Source: an uncultured archaeon
Lineage (GTDB): Archaea > Asgardarchaeota > Lokiarchaeia > Sigyniarchaeales > Promethearchaeaceae
Direction: 5' to 3'
DNA length: 12,749 nucleotides
Assembly: GCA_964426185.1 (NCBI GenBank)
Contig: CAYRPF010000079.1
Location: forward strand, 1,672-14,420
The position numbers were made by a program, and so were the translations under genes. The number at the start of each line of letters is the position of its first letter. Within the stretch, counting starts at the first letter, position 1. Below the pieces are notes generated by a model. The model worked only from the letters and a program-made list of their open reading frames with translations. It had not been told where the DNA came from and searched no databases. Of this stretch, positions 1 through 6,675 are shown piece by piece.

Positions 1-2
1 AG

Positions 3-62
3 TGTGCTTCTGCGAAAGCCTTTGAGGAGATAATCCAAAAAATCCGTAAAAGTGTGGAATGA
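3..62 (+). CDS. 3' end (partial) of a probable Mrp/NBP35 or MinD/ParA-family P-loop ATPase
   Basis: Frame 3 reads CASAKAFEEIIQKIRKSVE* (TGA 60-62). This resembles the amphipathic C-terminal helix 'S.A(A/S)KAF..IA.KI' of Mrp/NBP35/MinD proteins and is followed by T-tracts at 89-107. Only 19 codons are visible. Confidence 0.5.
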   Translation, partial: CASAKAFEEIIQKIRKSVE

Positions 63-334
63 TATTGCAATAATTCTACTGAATGCTATTTTTTCTCAAA
101 TTTTTTTGACAATTTAATTTTCGATTACGACAAGATTCTAATACTTTCATCTCTACATATAAATGATGAATTTCTACATATTGATAATTTCGGATTTTTC
201 TGCGAATTTTATTCCAAAATAGATGAGCTTTTTCCTCTTTTTGCTTTAATTTTAAAAAATATCATATTAATACAATGAATAGTTAAGCAAATATCAACTT
301 ATTTGAATAAACTGCTTTAGATGAATATGCTTGC

Positions 335-346
335 AAAGATTTAAAT
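335..346 (+). promoter_or_regulatory. Putative archaeal BRE/TATA box (AAAGATTTAAAT) upstream of the M28 peptidase gene
   Basis: A purine-rich BRE-like run is followed by TTTAAAT about 70 bp upstream of the start codon. The AT-rich context limits specificity. Confidence 0.35.
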
Positions 347-375
347 TCGTGCAATACGTGAAGAAATTGATAATC

Positions 376-396
376 TCTACATAAAGAATATGTAGA
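376..396. repeat. Perfect 8-bp inverted repeat TCTACATA-N5-TATGTAGA
   Basis: TCTACATA 376-383, spacer AAGAA, TATGTAGA 389-396. The same octamer also occurs at 152-159 and 173-180. Confidence 0.7.
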
Positions 397-412
397 ATTT
401 CATCAATAAATC

Positions 413-1729
413 GTGAGTAATATGACCAATTCTTCCTTTCAAGCTGCAACATCATTTAATAATTTATCACCCGCTAAATCTAAACTGGCTAGCTCTATTC
501 TTCACCTGACTTCCAATGATATTTTCAGCACTCTCAATTTTACAGATGAGGTAGTCAAGAATATTGGTCCTCGTTTGGCAGGAACTCGAAAAGATCATGA
601 AACTGCTTTTTTACTTTTTGAAGAGATGAAAAAATTCGGAGATCACTGTCATTTGGAGAAATTTGACATTCATCCCGATTCTTTTCTAAGTATTTTGCCT
701 GTATTGTCCACTTCATATATTATTTCTTCTATTTTTCTAATTATTGGGGGTCTTTTTATATATTTGGCTGTAATCGGTTATTTGTTCGGTGCCTTCTTTA
801 CCTTGATGCAATTTGTGCTTTATGAAAAGACTTTCGATCCATTTTTCCCCAAAAAAAAGGGATACAATGTAAGTGCAGTTATAGAGCCTACTAAAGAGGT
901 AAAACAGCAAATTATCCTCTCTGGGCATCACGATTCTGCATTCATTTTCAATTATATTGAACACCATCCTAAGTTGTACACGTTTCGGATTTTCTTTGGA
1001 TTTCTTATTTTTGGAATCACTATGATATTCGCTTTATATTGGGCAATTTTCAAACTTTTTGCGGGGTATAATCCTTCTTTTGTTTCAATATTTCGATTTG
1101 GCGTAATCCTGGGATCTTTAGTCGTTATTCAGTATTATTTCTTCAAGAATCAAAAAGGGAGTCCTGGTGCTGGAGATAATCTGATTTCAACTGTAATGTC
1201 TATGAAAATTGGACAAAAATTTGCTTTGGCAAAAGAAACGAGCTGTTCTCCTTTGCAACATACACGACTAATTATTTTAAGTACCGATGGGGAAGAATGT
1301 GGTCTACGAGGGGCTGCCGCTTATGTTAATAAACATAAAACTGAACTGAAATCCATTCCCTCTTTCAATGTTAATATGGATAGCATTTATCGCTTGAAAG
1401 AATTAAAAATAATGACCAGTGATATAAATGGAACGGTAAAACTCTCTAAAAAAATGGCGGAAGAAATTCAAGAAATTTTTGCATCTTTGGGTTATTCTGC
1501 TTCACTTTTTCCTTTAATATTTGGAGCAGGAGGAACAGATTCCGCAGAATTTGCAAAAGCCGGTATTGAAACCGTGAATATTTTAGCGGTTCCAACAGAA
1601 TTTAAAGATAATAATGTTGTCTATCATACTTCTCATGATACTGTGGATCAAATCGAATCTGAAGTAGTAGAAGCTATTTTAAGGTTGTTGATTGAGTATA
1701 TCCTAAAACAAGAAGAGAAAGTTGATTGA
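413..1729 (+). CDS. Membrane-embedded M28-family (Zn/Zn) metallopeptidase/aminopeptidase
   Basis: Motifs are IGPRLAGT, SGHHDSA (HxD), SPGAGDN, DGEECGLRGA (catalytic E, metal E), NMD, GGTD and YHTSHDT. Two hydrophobic hairpins are inserted in the catalytic domain. The start may be ATG 422 rather than GTG 413. Confidence 0.93.
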   Translation: MSNMTNSSFQAATSFNNLSPAKSKLASSILHLTSNDIFSTLNFTDEVVKNIGPRLAGTRKDHETAFLLFEEMKKFGDHCHLEKFDIHPDSFLSILPVLSTSYIISSIFLIIGGLFIYLAVIGYLFGAFFTLMQFVLYEKTFDPFFPKKKGYNVSAVIEPTKEVKQQIILSGHHDSAFIFNYIEHHPKLYTFRIFFGFLIFGITMIFALYWAIFKLFAGYNPSFVSIFRFGVILGSLVVIQYYFFKNQKGSPGAGDNLISTVMSMKIGQKFALAKETSCSPLQHTRLIILSTDGEECGLRGAAAYVNKHKTELKSIPSFNVNMDSIYRLKELKIMTSDINGTVKLSKKMAEEIQEIFASLGYSASLFPLIFGAGGTDSAEFAKAGIETVNILAVPTEFKDNNVVYHTSHDTVDQIESEVVEAILRLLIEYILKQEEKVD

Positions 1730-1732
1730 GCA

Positions 1733-1750
1733 TTTTTCATTTTTTTACTT
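1733..1750 (+). terminator. Putative archaeal oligo-T terminator
   Basis: TTTTTCATTTTTTTACTT immediately follows the TGA. Confidence 0.45.
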
Positions 1751-1830
1751 CACGAAAATATAAATTTCAAACAAACAAAAGCTTTATTTTAAATTAATCT
1801 AATACTTCAATAATTCATTTCATTAAATTA

Positions 1831-4476
1831 ATGGAGATCTTGAATATGAACCATTTAAAATCACCATCATTTCAGATTTCCCAACAATCACGTAAGTTGT
1901 TTTTGTTTGGGGGAGGAATAATTTTAATCCTTTTAGTTTTTCCCAGTTTTATTCATGGATTTTCCTCCAACATACCTATTCATTCTATTTTGCAACATAG
2001 AAATACTGTAGAAGAAACACCAAATTTTTCCAATTATCCTAAAGCTGCAGATGAATCTGGTTTGATTGATTCTTTTCTATATGGTAATTTGGATATCACC
2101 AATACAATTCCCTTGATATTAGATGACAACCAAATGGTGGTAGTAGGGAGTCGAGGGGCCTCAGATTCCAATCTTTTTATTGTGAATTATCAAAACCAAT
2201 TATCACATGAATATTCCACTTCAACTACTGATATCGTAAAGACAGCAATGATTTTTAATGAAGGTTCTGGCAATAAAATTTTTATCGCTGGAAATCGTGA
2301 GAGCACCAGCCGTAAGTTGGTGTTTTTCACCTCAATAGATTCTTTGGATCCCTATACCATAAATAAACTATATCCTGATGTCGAAATTGCCATTGGAGAT
2401 GATTGTTGGTTAAAGCAGGCTGTTTCACTATCAAATGGAAATTTCTTGTTAGTTTTGCAAAGTTTAACTGGAATAAACTCGAGTTTTTGGCTTTATGAAG
2501 TATCACCATTTGGAGGTTCAATCATTTATCAAAAAGCCTTTCCATTCACTTCTTCTTATACAATTTCCGAGATGGATATTGCAAATTTCAATTATGTTCA
2601 TACTTTCGATGACGGCCGAATTTTTCTTGTGGGAAGAAATTCTTCTACTTCCGACGCGGGAATTTCTATGTACCTTGGAACTTTAGGGGGAAATTGGTTA
2701 AATAAATCCATTTCAGGAGATCTTGAGCTTCAAATGATGGATGTGGCAAGTGATGGTGCCATATATACCGTTCAAAAGCGCTTCAATTCTATATCCAGTG
2801 AAGATGAATTGGACATAATTCATTTTTCTGCGAATTTGGATATTTTGAGCAATGCCACTCTTTCTTCATCCAGTTATAGTTATAAATTGATGGATTTCCG
2901 TATAAACCACGAAATAAGCGGAAAAAAACCATTTTTACTCTACTCTATTTGGGATGAGTCCACTTATCCTGGATTTGGATATGCCTTTGTGGATGGCACG
3001 AATTTTCTACAAAAATCAGAAGAACTGCCCAGTAATATAGAAATGACGGTTGTGGGTGAAATTAAATTTCTCTCAAACGGGGATCTATGTTTTGGTAAAA
3101 ACACTATCAGTGAAAGCGTGGGAGAAATAACCGTTTATCGAATTTCTGAGACAAGTTCTCTCTCCTTTAAAATAAATGGAGAAACATTTACTCAATATGC
3201 ACTTCCAATAATTATTGGAGAAAATCCTTCGGATGGTTCAATTTTGATAAACACCTATGATTTTGGGCATTCTGGAGTATTTATCCTATCTTCATCACTC
3301 AACGCTCAAGATGAGGAAATCCTATTGGAAAATGATCAGATTTGCCGTGCGAATTTTCTACATACAGATAAGAAGGATATAATTCTTTTTTACGGATATC
3401 AAGGCGATTACTTCAATAATCAAGGTAAAGCATTGTTGTTAGCATATTCTCTTTCTGGAAATTTGCTTAAAAGTTCAATTAGAGAGGAGAATGCCTATTA
3501 TTCGGAATATTGGGACTGGATATCCGTGTTATCGGATTCCATATTTTTAACTGGTATGCAGACCAATGTTGGAGAAACGGGACAAAATACTTTGATTCTG
3601 GGAAAAATTAATTTCGAGGAATTAACTAGTCCTTTTCAATTCGTTTCAAATATCCAAATTAATTCTGAATCGGATTTACAAAATTACTTGGATAAAGGAA
3701 TAATTACTGGAAATGGAGACGAATTTGATCCATATGTAATCGAAAATATTAAAATTGATGGAAACCGTGAAGGCACCGATGTTAATAAACCTGGTATTGA
3801 TTTAGCAATTGAGTATACATACATTGAAATTCGTAATTGCGTAATTGAAAATATTGGAACCTATCAAACCCCTGGAATTTTGATCACTTATACGAATTTT
3901 GTGAAGATTGAAAACAGCAATTTTACTAACTGTTATATAGGAATCTCATTATATGATTCGAACAACGCTTCTATTTATAATAACACAATAGCCAACAGTC
4001 AATCTGTTGGAATTTTAATTAATGATGATGAAAACGGAGATGGTAGTAATGGAAATTATATTGGTTACAATACTATAAAAAATACTAGAAATACTGGAGA
4101 AAGTTGGGCAGGGAGCGGAATAAGTATATTAAATGGAAACCAAAATGAAGTTGAGAATAATGTTATCAATTTTAACGACCAATGGGGCGTATTCCTTGAT
4201 TATGCTTGGGAAGATATAGATATGGCTCGAGTAATGAATACAAAAGTGCATGATAACGATTTATCTAATAACGGGGCGCCTTATAATCCTTCATTAAGTG
4301 AAACATTGGGAAATAGATTTTGGAATAACACCGGTGCAGAAGATTTCCCTTCAACGGATTTTAATTCATTTTTTGATAATATACCTGGATTTCCCTTGGA
4401 AATTACAATATTTACGATTTTAAGCGGAGTTATTTACTTAAATTTCAAGAATAGAGAAAAAGTTAAAATTCGATGA
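1831..4476 (+). CDS. Secreted/surface-anchored protein: N-terminal signal/TM, beta-rich (propeller-like) region, right-handed parallel beta-helix (NosD/PbH1-like) domain, C-terminal Loki-CTERM-like sorting signal
   Basis: N-terminus is RK followed by hydrophobic LFLFGGGIILILLVF. The motif GNGDEFDPYVIENIKID precedes Asn-ladder repeats (IRNCVIEN, IENSNFTN, IYNNTIAN, IGYNTIKN, VENNVINFN, VHDNDLSNN). The C-terminus is IPGFPLEITIFTILSGVIYLNFKNREKVKIR. Alternative start ATG 1846. Confidence 0.85.
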   Translation: MEILNMNHLKSPSFQISQQSRKLFLFGGGIILILLVFPSFIHGFSSNIPIHSILQHRNTVEETPNFSNYPKAADESGLIDSFLYGNLDITNTIPLILDDNQMVVVGSRGASDSNLFIVNYQNQLSHEYSTSTTDIVKTAMIFNEGSGNKIFIAGNRESTSRKLVFFTSIDSLDPYTINKLYPDVEIAIGDDCWLKQAVSLSNGNFLLVLQSLTGINSSFWLYEVSPFGGSIIYQKAFPFTSSYTISEMDIANFNYVHTFDDGRIFLVGRNSSTSDAGISMYLGTLGGNWLNKSISGDLELQMMDVASDGAIYTVQKRFNSISSEDELDIIHFSANLDILSNATLSSSSYSYKLMDFRINHEISGKKPFLLYSIWDESTYPGFGYAFVDGTNFLQKSEELPSNIEMTVVGEIKFLSNGDLCFGKNTISESVGEITVYRISETSSLSFKINGETFTQYALPIIIGENPSDGSILINTYDFGHSGVFILSSSLNAQDEEILLENDQICRANFLHTDKKDIILFYGYQGDYFNNQGKALLLAYSLSGNLLKSSIREENAYYSEYWDWISVLSDSIFLTGMQTNVGETGQNTLILGKINFEELTSPFQFVSNIQINSESDLQNYLDKGIITGNGDEFDPYVIENIKIDGNREGTDVNKPGIDLAIEYTYIEIRNCVIENIGTYQTPGILITYTNFVKIENSNFTNCYIGISLYDSNNASIYNNTIANSQSVGILINDDENGDGSNGNYIGYNTIKNTRNTGESWAGSGISILNGNQNEVENNVINFNDQWGVFLDYAWEDIDMARVMNTKVHDNDLSNNGAPYNPSLSETLGNRFWNNTGAEDFPSTDFNSFFDNIPGFPLEITIFTILSGVIYLNFKNREKVKIR

Positions 4477-4498
4477 TAAAATCTCTCAAAATTTCATC

Positions 4499-4509
4499 TT
4501 TTTTTTATT
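4499..4509 (+). terminator. Putative oligo-T terminator
   Basis: A T8 run lies about 22 nt after the TGA-TAA double stop. Confidence 0.4.
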
Positions 4510-4623
4510 GTAGTATTTAAAATAAATATGTATTTTTTTGGTGACGTTTTTCCCCAATATTTTTATTTTTAATAGCTTTTAGAGCGAATTTTTTTTATCA
4601 TACGTATTTTTTTTAATAAAATC

Positions 4624-5822
4624 ATGAATTATGTTGATTTATCCCAATTGTCAAAAAAGAGCTTAAGGGAGACAGCTCGAATTATTTATCAGATTGGTCC
4701 AAGATTAGCTGGAACAAAGCCATGTCATAAATCTGCTGATGAATTGTTCCAAAATCTAAATGAATTCTGCGATGAAACTATCCAGAATCTTTTTCTTTTT
4801 ACATTAGATTTCTTTCAATTATGTACATAATCGGGATGACTCTATTTTACTTGAGAACCATTTGGGTGATTATTCCGTTGATTGGATTGTGTATCGGTAT
4901 TTATTTGATGATCTCTATTTTTGCTTTATATCAGCATTTTTTTGATCGTTTCTTTCCTAAAAAAATTGGTAGAAATGTTTATGGTGTGATAGAGCCGAGT
5001 TCAGAGGTATACCAACAGATTATTTTATCAGGTCATCATGATAGCGCTCAAAAAATCCGTGTTTTAGATTCTGGATTTCAAAAATTGTATGCACTGGTAA
5101 TTTTAGCACTTTATTTCTTCTTTTTATATGAAATTGTTGTCATTATGGTTGGAATCATCTATAAATTCGAAATTGTATCGTCTCCTGTCATTCTCGTGGG
5201 TTTTATCCTCAGCATTCCGTTTGTTGTATCATATTTTTTCATAATTACCAAAGATGCTTCTCCGGGAGCTGGTGATAATTTAATTGCTTCTGTGTTTTTG
5301 ATTGAATTAGGTAGATATCTCACTAAGAAGATTAAGGCAAAAGAATATGTACTAAATCACACCAGGATTATTATTGCAAGTTTTGATGCAGACGAGTGTG
5401 GATTGCGCGGTTCTTCCGCTTTTATGAAAGCTCATGAAGAATTATTCAAAGAAATTCCCACTTTCCATTTGAATTTTGACAGTTTATATAATTTAAATGA
5501 AATCCATGTTCTTACGAAGGATATTAATGGATTTGTCCCCTTATCTGAGGAAATGGCGGAAGATATCGTGAGAATTATCAAAAATGAAGGGATTTCGATT
5601 AAGAAATTTAAAATGACATTTGGTGGCGGTGGAACAGATGCAGCTGAAAGTGCTAGAATTGGAATACATTCCACTACAATAATAGCTATGCCTACAAAAA
5701 TTATTAGGAATGGATTGGTCTATCATACCAAAAGAGATACTGTAGAAAATATTGAGCCTGCTGCGGTAGAAGCTTGTATTAAAATTGCTTGGAATTATAT
5801 TTGGAATAAAGATAAAAGGTAA
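4624..5822 (+). pseudogene. Frameshifted second membrane-embedded M28 peptidase paralog (fragments 4624-4830 and 4821-5822)
   Basis: ORF 4624-4830 carries IGPRLAGT. ORF 4821-5822 carries SGHHDSA, SPGAGDN, DADECGLRGS, GGGGTD and YHTKRDT. Together they are colinear with 413-1729 and join by a -1 shift near 4783-4787. Confidence 0.8.
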
Positions 5823-5855
5823 AGGAAGGAAAAAAAGAAAGAACTATAAGAAAAA
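5823..5855 (-). terminator. Putative oligo-T terminator of the 7-TM gene
   Basis: The minus strand reads TTTTTCTTATAGTTCTTTCTTTTTTTCCTTCCT directly after the stop at 5857. Confidence 0.45.
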
Positions 5856-5856
5856 C

Positions 5857-6537
5857 TCAAGGCTTCAAAAGAGGGAATTTAAAGGTCCATTTGCTGGTAT
5901 AAAGGAAACCAAAAGCAAAACATGCTGCTACCAACAGTAAAATCCATGGAAGTAGATTAAAAATTTGAGCAGCACTCAGTAATGCATTTCCTGAAACTAA
6001 AAAAGCCAATAATATACCAGCCACACTTATTAACAATCCACCAACGGATACAAGAATTGCAGTCCACTCTTTATCCTTCATATATACTAATATTGGTAAA
6101 ATAACAATTGCTAATCCGCTTGGAATATGTGCTAGCATCACCATGATTGATGCGATAGGGCTATCAATTGCCTTGGTTATAATAATCACAATTGCCATTA
6201 TGATGATATATCCAGCATATCCCAGACCAATCGTCTTTCCCTTTTCTCCAAATACAGATTCCAATAACAGAGCTGTTGCAATGCCTCCAGGAATAAAAAC
6301 TGCTAACATGGAAATGACTGGTGTCATTAAAAGCTCGTAATCGTTGATAATCACCAAAAGGACTCCTGCTGCAAATACAACAAAGAAAGCTATGGCAATA
6401 AACAAATGGGGCAACTTCTTATTCTTCAAATAATCCAAGATCAAAAAAATGCAAAATAATAAAGCAACTACGCCTGTAACCAGGAGAACTATTACCGCTC
6501 CTGGAAAATCAGTAACTGGGGTTTGTTGAACTGGCAT
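5857..6537 (-). CDS. Uncharacterised integral membrane protein, about 7 TM helices
   Basis: The 226-aa product has seven hydrophobic segments with short loops. Basic clusters follow TM1, TM3, TM5 and TM7. There is no soluble domain. Confidence 0.85.
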   Translation of the reverse strand: MPVQQTPVTDFPGAVIVLLVTGVVALLFCIFLILDYLKNKKLPHLFIAIAFFVVFAAGVLLVIINDYELLMTPVISMLAVFIPGGIATALLLESVFGEKGKTIGLGYAGYIIIMAIVIIITKAIDSPIASIMVMLAHIPSGLAIVILPILVYMKDKEWTAILVSVGGLLISVAGILLAFLVSGNALLSAAQIFNLLPWILLLVAACFAFGFLYTSKWTFKFPLLKP

Positions 6538-6675
6538 ATTATCATTCTCTCTATGTAATTTAGAAATATTGAAATTTGAAATTAGTTCAAGATTTAGGCT
6601 AACTTCTTATTTTTCTCTACCAAAGATATTTAAAAATATTTAGCTTAAGAATAAAAAGAAAAAATTAATATTAAC

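Larger units (their letters stand above)
164..405. mobile_element. MITE-like non-autonomous element (or invertible segment), 242 bp
   Basis: Left end 164-182 TGATGAATTTCTACATATT and right end 387-405 AATATGTAGAATTTCATCA are reverse complements at 18/19 positions. Termini are TG...CA. ATAAA lies directly on both sides (159-163 and 406-410), as a target-site duplication would. There is no internal ORF in the track. Confidence 0.55.

Noticed and set aside
1-150. Minus-strand micro-ORF from ATG 150 with an in-frame TAG (MKVLESC...IQ*NYCNIIPHF...)
   Set aside because: It has no recognisable family, and it overlaps a more protein-like plus-strand C-terminus (3-62) and its T-tract terminator. It is not counted as recoding evidence.
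149-396. AATTTCTAC and a TCTAC...GTAGA stem resembling a Cas12a CRISPR repeat
   Set aside because: There is no regular repeat-spacer periodicity, the copies differ and occur in both orientations, and no cas genes are present.
4788-4803. Programmed -1 ribosomal frameshift site
   Set aside because: There is no in-frame X XXY YYZ heptamer or evident stimulatory structure, and the accompanying deletion and E-to-D change favour decay or error.
5857-6537. Rhodopsin (schizo- or heliorhodopsin) call for the 7-TM protein
   Set aside because: There is no retinal-binding Lys in TM7 (no DxxxK or SxxxK) and no helix-C RYxxW/RWxxY motif.
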